In this document: piece by piece, positions 12,101 through 22,509 of the stretch
Numbering within the stretch: the stretch's first letter is position 1
Layout of the letters: each line of letters begins with the position of its first letter
Origin: Craspedostauros australis
Taxonomy: Eukaryota
Direction: 5' to 3'
Length of the DNA stretch: 64,000 nt
Assembly (NCBI GenBank): GCA_030167865.1
Contig: JALAGF010002605.1
Coordinates: 1 to 64,000, forward strand
The notes under the pieces: generated by a model
Database searches by the model: none
What the model saw: only the letters and a program-made list of their open reading frames with translations
What the model was told of the DNA's origin: nothing
Program-made: the position numbers and the translations under genes

Positions 12101-13060
12101 GCGAGGTGCTGGATCAGAAGTTTTCGTGCTTGGGTCCGAAACTTGGATGTCCTTGTCGCCGTCGCCATCGCAGTCGTCACCTTCATCTTCGTCCTTCTTT
12201 TCAGTATCAATGACGGCGTCTATAATTTTGCTGTTCTGTTCTCGCCATGTCTCCTTCGTTTGCAATTCACGGTTGATGATTAAATCATCATCGTCAACAT
12301 AATCTGCGAGGACGACTTGTTCGGCATCTCGGAGGTTCTGTTCTTTTGCAGCTCTCCGTTCCGCAGCGGCGTTGTCCTCGTTGTCAAATAGGATCTTTCC
12401 TGCCATGAAATCTTCCAATCCGCGATCCAACGATTTCAGAATCTTCTGCTCGGAATCCTGAAAGAGGTTGATCATCATGGGTGGTATTGTGGACTGCGTC
12501 TCAGGTTCTTTGCGAACAATGATCATCGCCATGTTGGGCAAGGTCGAAGCTGGTTGATTGTTGCCATCCTTCTCTTGCTTTTCGTCCTTAGCCGGGGCAG
12601 TGTAAATCCCGACGACCTCCACTTTCATTCGAGTGGCATCCGATGATGGGGACAGCGGTGAATCCCATATCAATGTGCACATGTCCTTCTCGTTGTCCAC
12701 TGTCAAGGACTCGTAAGTCATTGGGAGACGCGGCGGCAACTGGTAGTGCTTTTCCAGGTACTCGATGAGGTATCCGAGGAAGAGGACATCAGGGAGGTTC
12801 GGTGGTGGGCGGACGACCTTCTGGAAAGCGATGTTGGATTCTGCCTGAGGTCTCTCCCGCTGTACCGATGCCGATGCCGACGAAGCTGAGTCATACGCAA
12901 AAAGCTGCGATGTCGGCGATCGTTCGCCTCGAAGAATCGTGAATCTCGTGAATGGCAACAAATTCACTTTGCCGTGGCTGGATCCAGACGAGAATGCTGC
13001 TGCTTGATGCAGCAGAAGCAATGCAGCAATCTGGATCAGAGAGAGCATCGCCGACATCAT
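9110..13060 (-). CDS. Large uncharacterised plastid-targeted protein, single exon; likely start MMSAML at 13060
   Basis: Long open ORF. Signal peptide LIQIAALLLLHQAAA followed by F (ASAFAP-type). Low-complexity middle and a helical, ordered-looking C-terminus. Confidence 0.75.
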   Translation of the reverse strand: MMSAMLSLIQIAALLLLHQAAAFSSGSSHGKVNLLPFTRFTILRGERSPTSQLFAYDSASSASASVQRERPQAESNIAFQKVVRPPPNLPDVLFLGYLIEYLEKHYQLPPRLPMTYESLTVDNEKDMCTLIWDSPLSPSSDATRMKVEVVGIYTAPAKDEKQEKDGNNQPASTLPNMAMIIVRKEPETQSTIPPMMINLFQDSEQKILKSLDRGLEDFMAGKILFDNEDNAAAERRAAKEQNLRDAEQVVLADYVDDDDLIINRELQTKETWREQNSKIIDAVIDTEKKDEDEGDDCDGDGDKDIQVSDPSTKTSDPAPRRSSAPSPADFAVQQARKVAELKQEEARKQKLKLKEAQTTSEGGEFAVEAAKKAATLKQQQADTKAGGFAVAAAKKMALQRTKMKTPKPKVLRKKKLRRKKKTTVKVRGEDDDDDDDDSDNEGPSPEMIRNWRPKKSTPAAFKTTISRPNDYASQPNRRLNQQQQPQQQPQQPEQTQAQSLSQSQSQPTPKPQRPAQKTVRGTSELSKEPITVDDGERSNGNSNSNSRIIDATIEATTTMNAEAETNESNKEETEQRAATQQAVQLDKLKRRKLNVKVLDGSGASENPEDLPLSDPTEDVMKALDGADERPSDNGKGKNKAAPSQQQIEKEIMEASKAAMEEIADNTEAMTAEELLEDILKFDKKISKENEAGAGFASGAFEKAKELLREQNKKRQARLQKKVLEDVTTEFVTGRDTTAPTSSSSAATAASPQAIPQPAVSDGTDGRADDATAPTAAAPAGFKEMTADEELRAMFEAGQSLAEGRITETFNNKGQSGFGDSMSSAISGETGGTTAADIDALIAAEKDISSYARVLDDDLAELEVRVNRSPEEDWDAPGQNPVFDIMSGPEVYNPNVDPETVNYPGAIPGTKKIRLPKQLDESVKQASFAADVLQKMKTVEGTNDEGETVYTYFIGEKEITAAQVESMLRVVSDATQIGLIDDPLNYLSEKSRLQMVLDEMWDQPEERHREISSNYKELLLSENFVKLVNERMTEMADRDLDALRRDDDSLDADHAKERRLLGHLVVSAQLLLKEVKALGSELEAQQLEIVRSICQVAMDPSHQTEEEAAMALTDAVRDMRPMLDDVFIAYLKYAVAEEEARLARAGLLDDPEHNQWLFVLKIVQQGVYKEVSRSINRYIDHITYVLRMETPKQRRELLSQLIDDMPTLDVRPFVQVVDNIAGSLGDAARGEFDGLLEIGEITNKVLQLKRDVNELLPPDRIALKSRDADEWAAQQKEKLLERRKISEQRLNADKDFLQGREHEIEEFQRRGEMERFD

Positions 13061-14871
13061 GGCGCGAAGTTGAGTGTTAGAGAGCACAATCTTAGAGTGG
13101 AGTACTTCTTTCGTGACTGGGGGTACTTGATTTCCGCCACTTGGTCTGCCTTGTGATCTGGTCCGCTCGTGAGATACGTGCTGCCTGCCGTCTTTGTGAG
13201 ACCAGCTCTTCGATGATGTGATGCCTTCTTCTCTGTTGGTTTCTTTGATGGGTCCTCTCTTCTCTCTCCTCTTGTGTGGTGGATTTGGGTGGGCTGGTTG
13301 GATGTGGGCGAAGTCTTTTTTGTGGAAGAAGAACAAGACACATGATTTTGATTGGTGACACTTGGTTCGTTCCAGTCAAAGATATGGAGACTAATCCCAT
13401 TTGACGTCATCCCATTCAGTCACGATTAGGCTTCTTTTCTGGTTGCTTTTTGTCCTCTTTTCTTTGTTTCTGGTGATGCTTCGTGGAACAGAGAAGCAAC
13501 ACCTCGCGAACCACAGACAACGACAGAAAATGGGTGGTTGCTGTGGATGAATACCAATACGAACGTACCATAGGTACCGGTCACCGCAGGGCGAACCCCG
13601 AGATAGTTCTCGATGCTGGTCGCAGCGTTTGGTGGACTCATGGCAGCCACATCATGGATTCGGCAGCGATCGCACCGTGCCCCGGTCAAGTTGCGATGTG
13701 GGTTGTATTGCGGGGGCAGTATGGCAGCCAGGGACCACAAGCATCCCCTTCATTCGTCCTCGTCATAGTAGGAGGATCAACGTTCTCACGAATCTTCAGC
13801 CTTTCATTTAGCGCATGGTGTACCGCACCATACTAGTGCAATGCCACACTCCATTGATGTTGGGCACCTTGTGGACGTCGCGAAGTGTGCAGCTTTCTTT
13901 ACGCGCTCGCAGAGCTTGTATTCGTGCTTTCGCGTCTTGCCACGGTCATCAGTATAAAATAGCGCTACTCCACAATGCTATATATGTAAGCATTCCAATA
14001 TATATTCTAATCGTAGTCTCACCATTTCCACACCTGGAGAGTGGTGCAAACTTCTTCAATGGATGTGCACTTCCCACGATCTAGGATCGTACTACTATTG
14101 CACGAAAACGAGTCATTGGCATTCCGGAGAGCGAGAAGGTGGCAGAGCACATACTTTGTGATTCCAGATTGATGCGCCTCCTTTGGGTTGCTGACGTGGT
14201 ACGTGCACAATCCTGCTGGGAGCCTTGGGGTGCATGGTATGTCGGTGTGTGATCGCCATGACGTTGGCGAACCGGACAAGTCTGGCGAGAAGCCAACAGA
14301 CGTCAAGCTTAGCGCAAGGGTGCCACCTCTGAGAAGGTTCTCAGCGTTCGGCCAGGTGTGCGATCAACGATGATTGGCTCAGATCAGCTTCCCAAAAAGC
14401 TCCCAGTGCTCATGCGTTGGGCGTGATTGCAAACACGACGCCAGCACCGTTGTTTCTGGGTGCGCGTCGTCTATCCTCCCAAGAGTCCGAGTAGAGAAAT
14501 GGTGACTCTGTGGTATGCCAAACGCGCTTGTCCATAGTTTCATCACAGTGTTTGTTTCTGCATTCTCCTTCTTCCGAAGTCAAATTGCGTGTTCGTGGTG
14601 CGTTCTCTGCCCATCCTCCCATTGGCGTGTTCAGGTTCGGCGAACAAGGATTGGCGGTGCATGATCTTCGCCACGCTACTCGCGCTGGAAAGGTGGTAGT
14701 GATTGGTTCTACTCGTGTGAGCCAGCTGATTGTTTGGAGGGAGTGGATGGTCACAAATCCTCAGCAACCCATGGCGGATACAATAGATTCCAACCATAAT
14801 TTTTCAAAAGAAGCTCAACCAACACGTTGAAGGCAACGGCCAGAGTGCTTCCATCCAAACGCTTAGCCACG

Positions 14872-16986
14872 ATGAACGCAAATGATCAAGACAATGCCGA
14901 AACTCGACGGGCTTCAAGTTCCGTCACGTCAGTCCCATCATATAGTCCTCCGCATCGCGATATAATCAGGCGCGAGATGAGCAAGCTGCGACCATGGGAG
15001 CAAGAGACTGTACGAGCAAGCATCGAGGGGCATCTTCGACCCTGCGAAGAAGCGGAAGAGCTGATTGACAATGAACTTGAACAGGTCAGAGAAACGTTGT
15101 CGAACATCCAAGACAAGGCTGCCTACAATCAGGCACTCCAGCAGAACAGGGAGTTCGTCACGAACAGAGCGTTCCTGCTCAGTTTCCTTCGAGCTGAGTG
15201 GCACCGGCCACGTGGAGCTGCTGAGTGCATTGTGAAGTACATGGACCTCAAGCTCCGTCTTTGGGGTCCCGGCAATCTCACGAAACGAATCACACAGTAT
15301 GATTTGAACGCGGAAGAACAAAGAGTGCTTGGCAGAGATGGAAACATCCAGCTGCTGCCAAAGAACGATGCCGCTGGAAGAGCCGTGATATTCTCATTAC
15401 AACGGCGACGGGCTCAGTCGTTTAGCGTACGTGAGGTGTCTGGCGTTGTTCGCTCTGTTGTGAGTGAGCGAATCGTATGTACTCCTCTGCACATGCGACA
15501 AGGTGGACGCAAACTCAATCCCCGCCCTCTTTCGTCAATCTGGCATGCCTACTTACGCACTTCACACTCACGTCTTTTGTTGATATCATGCCAGCCATCT
15601 ATGGCACCACCCCCTCCCCCACATTCTGCACATCCACCTCCGTGCCTCTTCTGGCGCCCAACGCCCACCATCAGCCTCGACTGCTGTGGTACGTCCTTGC
15701 ATCTGTTGTTGAAGACAATTCGGCCATTCAATGCAACGGAGTTGTGTACGTGCTGTATGGACGGGGGTTCGTCCCTAGCGGCCACATCATGGAGCGAGAT
15801 ACATACTGGAGGAGCTGCGAAGTTGCAAACGTGATACCAATCCGATTCGAAAGCTTCCACTACTGTTCTGATGCCGCCCAACCGACCCCGATCGTCGATC
15901 TTGTGGCACATGCGTTGAAACCAGCTTCACGATGTCGATTCAAACACATACATGGTACGTTCATTGATTGGAAACGGGTACGATCTGGAATCTTGTCACC
16001 TGTTCTACCTTGTTCTCGATGTCTACCTTTTTCGCTTGTCGATACTAGTAGCTCGTATGTCTCTGCATGTTTCTGCTTGTGGATTGTAATGCAAAGCTCT
16101 ATTTGTTTTTGCGCTTGTTTGTCAAAGCAACCAGCGAGCTACTTGCACTTGCCACCTCGTCGTCGCTGATTCTTTCACCATCACCATGTGTTTGCATCCA
16201 ACACAAGAGGACTGCCACTATATTCGTACGGTGTGCAAGTCAAAATTACTTCTGACTCAACTTCTGCGTGCGTACATTTCATTGCCTTTGCATCCACATG
16301 GCAGGCTTGCACTCGCAGTGCATGGACGCATTGCGAGCCTGTGGCATTCCTGTGAATGATTTCCCATTGAAGAGCGACGGCAGCTTCGAAACGACGCAGT
16401 TCAAGGCGTGGCTCCTCCGTCACAAAAAGAAAGATGAAACGTACGAACGGATGATACGACTCTCTCCAAACGATGTGGTTTGCCGTAGAGGGAGCGTCTT
16501 TGACAGCTGTGAGGGAGCTGCGCAATTTCGAGCGATCACCGCGTGTTATCGAGACGAGTACAAGAACTGTAGAACCCCGCAGCAGAAAGAAGCATTCATT
16601 GCAGAGCTAGCAGATGTCATTCAGGCGACTTCCATGCGATTCCTTTCCCCATGTGCCCCTGAAGCTGGATATCTGGCTGATGCAACCAGGATGGAGATCA
16701 TCAATAAAATCACGAATCGTCTGAATCGGTAAGTCCGCACAGAGATTGAACGAATCCGACATACCCAGTCACATGCTGATGTGCACCAAGAGGTTAGATC
16801 GAGAGAATTTGAACACGCCCATGGGTACAACGACAATGCCGGAAATTTCCTTGTTCCCGATATGTCTTTCTTTCTAGACTTGTGTCCGATTGTCTACGCA
16901 GGGTTTTTCAACACACAAGCAATCGTCTGGCATGCATACGGTCGCCCTCCAACAATCCAACAACAACTCAACGACAACACGCCTGA
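14872..16986 (+). CDS. CRAL-TRIO-like + DUF6824 protein (diatom-expanded family); exons approx. 14872-15435, 15675-15954, 16305-16728, possibly 16902-16986
   Basis: FLLSFLRAE..AAECIVKYMDLKLRLWG; LLPKNDAAGRAV; PIRFESFHYC; HG|LHSQCMDALRACGIP; PNDVVCRRG..FRAITACYRDEY. The GT-AG introns keep the frame. The end could instead be the stop at 16732. Confidence 0.72.
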
Positions 16987-17209
16987 AAACCTGTAGTCGC
17001 AAAACAAAAGACACCACCCAAGCCAACTCTTCACAACACAGTCCATACGTAGTCGTATGGTACTCGTGCATCGTCGACGAAGGCACTCCACCACACTCAC
17101 GCTCACGCTCTCGCACATTGCATAAAGCATATAGTCCCAGTCGCAAGGGCGCGTAGACAGAGACAAAGACAGGCACAGGCACAGGCAATAATCTCACAGC
17201 ACCAGCAAC

Positions 17210-18116
17210 ATGTTCGGCAAGTTCGACGCATCCAACGATGTGTCCACATCGACGCAGGTGAAGGCCTCCGTGCAACGTGGCATCAAGTCGCAGATAGCCT
17301 CGTCGCATCCCCATCTGACGGAGGACGAGGTCAACGCGTTGCTTCCCAAGAAGCCGCCGCTGGTGCAGTACAAGGTGGGTCCCCACCTGATGCTGTACTG
17401 CAGGAGGATGGAGCGCGAGGGATCCAGCTCGGCCGACGAACCGGCCTTCTACCAGCACCGCGATGGACCGATATTACCAACGCTGCGCCTGGTGCACAAG
17501 TACCCGTCGTTGAAGTTCACGAGCGTGACCGTCGACAAGGGCGCCATCCCATTCGTTCTCGGCGGCGCGAACATCATGTGTCCAGGGCTGACCAATCCAG
17601 GAGGTGCGATGCCCGCCGACGGCGAGGAGAAGGATGATGATGGATTCGAACTCCCAGGACTCTCGAAGGGCGATGGCGTCGTGGTTTTCGCAGAAGGAAA
17701 GGAGAATGCTCTGGCGATTGGCGTCATGACGATGAGCAGCAAGGAAATGTAAGTGGCATGTTGCGTTCACATCTTCAAGTCTGTCGGCGAAACGAAGGCA
17801 GTGTCTCTCACGGCTACTCTGCTTGTACTTGGTATCGTAGAAGGCTTCATTTTCAAGTTGATTGATTCGTTGCAGAAGCTCTTGAATGCATTCATGCATG
17901 GTCCACGTGTGGAGCAATCTCCTCTCACACATCATTTTACTCTGTGCATATCGTGCCTGTGTCTCACTTGCTTCCTCGTATTCCACAATCGATTCTCACC
18001 GCATGGCGGATGCATGCCCGGCCACGCATAAATGCAGCCGTGAGAAGAACAAAGGAGCTGGAATCGAGACGGTCCACTTTTTGGGAGACGGATTGTACAT
18101 GGCAGATGAACTGTAG
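17210..18116 (+). CDS. MCTS1: MCTS1/Tma20 PUA-domain translation reinitiation factor; exons 17210-17748, 18038-18116
   Basis: MFGKF..QVKASVQRGIK; LPTLRLVHKYP; VDKGAIPFVLGGANIMCPGLT; NKGAGIETVHFLGDGLY. Confidence 0.93.
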
Positions 18117-18321
18117 GTAGGAGCAGAGGACAGCAACATGTCAATCAACGCGCGAAGTGTTCTCTGGTAGCCACACAGCCGTCAACAGCACCCATACCAC
18201 AGCTCGTAGTGTGCCCATCTGGTTCTACGGATTCAAGGGAACATACGTCCGCAACTATAATGCGAGTATGGACGTCCATCCGTTGCGTCCATTCCATTCA
18301 TTGAATCCAGTCTATTTTACT

Positions 18322-18968
18322 CTATTTCTTCTTGAATTTGTTGAGGTCCAGATACTGCGACAGATAGTACAGCGTGCCTGCCTTCCCCTTCTTTGTTTGT
18401 TCTTGCTTGACCATCTCGTAGCACTTCTCAACGTCCTTGACGTACTTGTAGACTCGGCCGTCGACCTTTCCTTCGTTTGCCTCCAGCGCCGACATCAGAC
18501 CCATCAGCTTTTCAGAACATGGATCTGATCGGTATCTAGGTTGCTGTTATCCGCAGAGAGTGGAGTTTCAGAATGGGGGAACGTGCATGACACCGAAACA
18601 AGGGCATAGATTTGAACACCGCAGAATTTGCGTGTTTGTTTGTTTGTTCATTCGTCGTTGTTGATGTTGTTGTCGGCAATGAAAGTTGATGGAAATACAT
18701 TGAGTACGATGAGATGAGAATAGTGAAGCGTAGAAGTGCTGCGATCAAATTCCTCAACGTGTTGCGTGCTAGCGGATCCTGATCGCTATCCGTTTCAACA
18801 CTCCAAACGCGCGCACATGGCTTGTCTACCATTTGCTCGGAAGATTGCCCCCCACGATGATGAAGTTGCCATCCACCACATCATCGACCTTTCACTGCGT
18901 CCGCTCACCTTCTTGTAAATCCGGATCTGCTCCAGCGTTACTCTGAGCTTCCCCGCTTTCGACGACAT
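18322..18968 (-). CDS. Small basic protein resembling mitochondrial ribosomal protein mS37 (Mrp10/CHCHD1); exons 18968-18909, 18543-18322
   Basis: Spliced product MSSKAGKLRVTLEQIRIYKK|QPRYRSDPCSEKLMGLMSALEANEGKVDGRVYKYVKDVEKCYE..GTLYYLSQYL. GTGAGC donor, in-frame AG acceptor, CHCH-like spacing. Confidence 0.6.
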
Positions 18969-19487
18969 ATTTGATTTGCGATTGGAGGCGATGGGAAGTA
19001 TGGTGGCAGCGGCGGTGGCAGATGTTCGATGCAGGCTCCGATGCGATGTCTGGTTTTGTGATCAAGTATTATCATTCAAACACATCACCATGTTTGTGGC
19101 GTCTTCCGTGATGTTGCCTCGCTTGTGTTGCGGAGTTGCGTTGTTGTGTTGTTGTGTTGGATTTGATGCGTTGTTTGTGTCCATTGACGTACAATGGCCA
19201 GGCATTCCATAGCTCTTTGTCAAATTGCCATTGTGTATTTGACGCATAAATGAGGAAATAAATGGATAAATGAATCACTTTCAATCGTATTTCAACACAT
19301 TTTGCGATATTAATATGTACAATAGAGCTAAAGCATGACGAATCAACCAAATAACCCAACGCTGCAGATCGCTGCCGATGCCAATCACACACCTCACCGT
19401 CACTGCCACTGTCACTGCCACTGTCACTGCCACCGTCACCACCACCATCATCGTCGTCGCAATGGCCACAAGGCAATTCCCAAAAGC

Positions 19488-20900
19488 ATGACGTCAACCC
19501 TGAGCTGCTTCGGAATGGGACCATGCTTCTCCCGCAGAGCGACGTACAGCGACATTGCCGACAGATCGGAGCAACATGAAATCTCATTCCAGATCTTCAG
19601 CGTCATTGATCACGTGAAGAATGATGCAGACGCAGCGATCATCCGACGACGAGTGGAGCAGGAGATTCTTCATGACGCTTGCACTGTGGAAGAGTACACG
19701 AGAGGAGCATCTGTGCAACAGAAAACCGTCGCGGATCTGCAAAAGGGCATCCTGCGATACCTGCAAACCAAGGACAAGTACACGTCGTTGGGATCGATGC
19801 TGCTCAAGAGTCAGGCGTTTCATTTGGTTTACGGTAACCGGTCCGTCGAGCAAGACAACCATGGCAATAACGGTGACGACAACGGCAACGGTAACGGCAA
19901 CGATGACCACAACAAAACTCCCGATGCACCATCACAATCACTGCGCGTCGTCAATCTGCCACGCACCCGGTACAAGAAACCGTACATTCCTTCCAAACCG
20001 GGAACATCGTATGATGGCGAATTTCCCGTCGAGTCGCTGTACCCCTTCAGCGTGTCGCATCAGATGCCATTTGTGGGAATTGCACGGTACAACACAACGC
20101 AAGCGACGCCGCATGCGATGATCGGGCTGGACGTCGTGGCATTTGATGCCTACAACCCCAAGCTGTACAATAACGAGCAGGAATTCATCGATATCTTTCA
20201 CGAGAGCTTCACGCAATGGGAGCTGAGCCGCATCAACATGGATATGGACGGCGTGACCAGCAGCTCGCGGCTGTACGAGCTGTACGTACGTTGGTCGATG
20301 AAGGAAGCGTACACCAAAGCGTTGGGCGTCGGCATGGGATTGGGCTTTTCATCGTTCGATATTCGGTTGGAGAAGTTCGATACGATGGATGAGAGCGGCG
20401 GCAGCTTTCCAACACCAACCGATCCAGCCGTTTGGCCGTTTATCGAAACCAGCGGCAGGACTGGGATTTGGTCACGCGCACAGATCATACACCGTGAGAA
20501 GTCATCCGGCGGCGACGATGCATCAAACCGAATCGAGAACTGGTCCATCTTCTTTCTGGCTCTGCCGGAGAAGAGTGACGAAGACGCTGCTGCAATCCAG
20601 GCCGTGGACATCAGTGAGACGCAGATCACAGAATATCATGGATGCGCATGTATCTGCGTGGGACCAGAAGACACAGACAGCAATAGCAGCAGCAACGACA
20701 ATGACGATGGCAGTCATTACGGACATGATGACGAAGAAGGCGATCGTATTGTTCGCAGGCCAGCTGATAAGGACGGGGATATGGATGGCATTGAGCATAA
20801 GGATGGAATGCTCGTTCAAAATCCACCGCTGGGGTTTCCCCATGTTGACATCCGGTGGACGACGTTGGACGGCATAATACGATGGCACCAATGCATCTAA
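19488..20900 (+). CDS. Sfp/AASDHPPT-type 4'-phosphopantetheinyl transferase
   Basis: KKPYI, FSVSHQ, IGLDVV, FTQWE, WSMKEAYTKALGVG. The ORF is open from 19335 but the likely ATG is at 19488. Confidence 0.88.
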   Translation: MTSTLSCFGMGPCFSRRATYSDIADRSEQHEISFQIFSVIDHVKNDADAAIIRRRVEQEILHDACTVEEYTRGASVQQKTVADLQKGILRYLQTKDKYTSLGSMLLKSQAFHLVYGNRSVEQDNHGNNGDDNGNGNGNDDHNKTPDAPSQSLRVVNLPRTRYKKPYIPSKPGTSYDGEFPVESLYPFSVSHQMPFVGIARYNTTQATPHAMIGLDVVAFDAYNPKLYNNEQEFIDIFHESFTQWELSRINMDMDGVTSSSRLYELYVRWSMKEAYTKALGVGMGLGFSSFDIRLEKFDTMDESGGSFPTPTDPAVWPFIETSGRTGIWSRAQIIHREKSSGGDDASNRIENWSIFFLALPEKSDEDAAAIQAVDISETQITEYHGCACICVGPEDTDSNSSSNDNDDGSHYGHDDEEGDRIVRRPADKDGDMDGIEHKDGMLVQNPPLGFPHVDIRWTTLDGIIRWHQCI

Positions 20901-21417
20901 GGCAGAGCTGTCTCTCTCTCTCTCTGGAGAGTATAGCGGGGTAACTTGATTCTTATTCTAGGTCGTACTCAGAATGGGGTGCTGGTTGGTACGTACTCAT
21001 ATAGTACATAGTGTGCACGGATGCGCTGCCTCTCGCCTCCTATTGCCGCTCGTGTCCAACTCACGTGCTGAGAAATGTTCTCGATTAGGCCTTTTCATTT
21101 TGGATTTGCGGACAATTTCCTGAGTGTTCGTTCTGTGTGAATTGGATCCACCCTCTCCAAAAACGACCAAAAAATGCCACAACAACCACGACACCAAATG
21201 CCAACGCATCATTCTCTCCTTCCTCATTTTCTGCATCGAAACGCTCTCATCATCGCGCGTATGGTAGAGTCCACTTATTCCGTAAGAATCCATCGCGAAT
21301 GTGACCGAGCCCCCACAATCAAGCAGACACACAACTCGCACAACCATACAAGGGCATACAACCAAAGAACACGACCCACACTCTACAAAATATAGTATTA
21401 TACATACACAACCGACC

Positions 21418-21744
21418 ATGTTTCAGCACTTCCGACGAATCACGCCGAGGCAGCAGATGTGGGGCGCCGTTGGTGGCGTGATTATCTTTGGTTCCATATT
21501 CAAGGTGGCATACTTCAAGGTGTGCAGAGAAATACTCGTGGAGGATGCGCAGAGAACGCATCGGGATGCCACGGCGCATCTCAACGAGGCACGGAAGTTC
21601 GCCGAGTGGTCCAGGAAGGAAAGGGAACGGCATCGTTCCGAGCTGCCTCCATTGACACCTGAGCAGGACAAGCAGCTCAAGGCGTACCTCAGGATCATGC
21701 AGGAGCATCATGCCTTCAATCCGGATTCCGATTTGCCCAAGTAA
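21418..21744 (+). CDS. Small single-pass membrane protein of unknown function, possibly mitochondrial
   Basis: 108-aa ORF with coding-like GC3 bias: basic N-terminus, hydrophobic WGAVGGVIIFGSIFKVAYF, charged helical tail. Confidence 0.65.
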   Translation: MFQHFRRITPRQQMWGAVGGVIIFGSIFKVAYFKVCREILVEDAQRTHRDATAHLNEARKFAEWSRKERERHRSELPPLTPEQDKQLKAYLRIMQEHHAFNPDSDLPK

Positions 21745-22509
21745 CCGTTCGTCGGGATGTCGCGATCAGGTCATCATGGATTTGGGATTGACACCGTCCC
21801 AGAGACAGACTGAGCAAGAGCGTTGATGCTCACTTATCTTTGTTCGGCCAAGCGGCATCAGCTCTCTTTGGCCTCTTTTGGTTCATCTTTTCTCCGACGA
21901 TTCTCATTCTTGCCACTTCCAAGGGAAAGCTGGTTTCATCAGCATGCACCCATCATGTGTGTGTGTGTGTGTTCATGGAGCTGCAGAGCGACGAGAACAG
22001 TGACCGAGATGGTCTGGTAGGCGTCGCATCGCCACACGAACAGAGAAGTAAGCAGAGAGTTCATGACCGTGCACACGAGTGTACTGGCGCATGAACTGAT
22101 GAGCTGATGACCGAATCGGCAGGTGCACGAAGCGGCAGCAACTACAGCCCGAACTCCTGCTGGGCTTGTGACGAATCTAAAACAGTCCTGCAACCGCATA
22201 TGCGTCACGCACGACAAGCGCAGACGCATCCAGGAAAACGACACGAGGCAAACGACGATGCGGAACAAAAGAGTACTCTAATGAGAAGGAGAAGTATGCG
22301 CTGACGTCCGCGCCTCCTTCTTTTGAGGCCACTCTTCAATTCTTACTGGTACGAGCACTCTATACCGAGCTCTCCACATCACTACAATATTACATAGACC
22401 AACCAAGCAACCAACCCATCAAACAGCCAGCCAGCCAGCCAACCAGAAATTCGAACACGAAGTGCATGGGAACCTCCACCATCGTGCGCGTTTTCTCATG
22501 AGCTCGTTT

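Noticed and set aside
13400-14820. Short ORFs in the divergent intergenic region
   Set aside because: There is no coding bias, motif or coherent splice pattern, and no tRNA or snoRNA structure was recognised.
19335-19487. HCHCHCHC/poly-His 'metal-binding' N-terminus of the PPTase ORF
   Set aside because: It is the translation of a (CACTGY)n/(CAC)n microsatellite that most likely lies in the 5' UTR; a better ATG is at 19488.
21840-22094. Hydrophobic 84-aa ORF
   Set aside because: It has a non-ATG start, contains a (TG)n repeat and lies between convergent 3' ends, so it is probably UTR.
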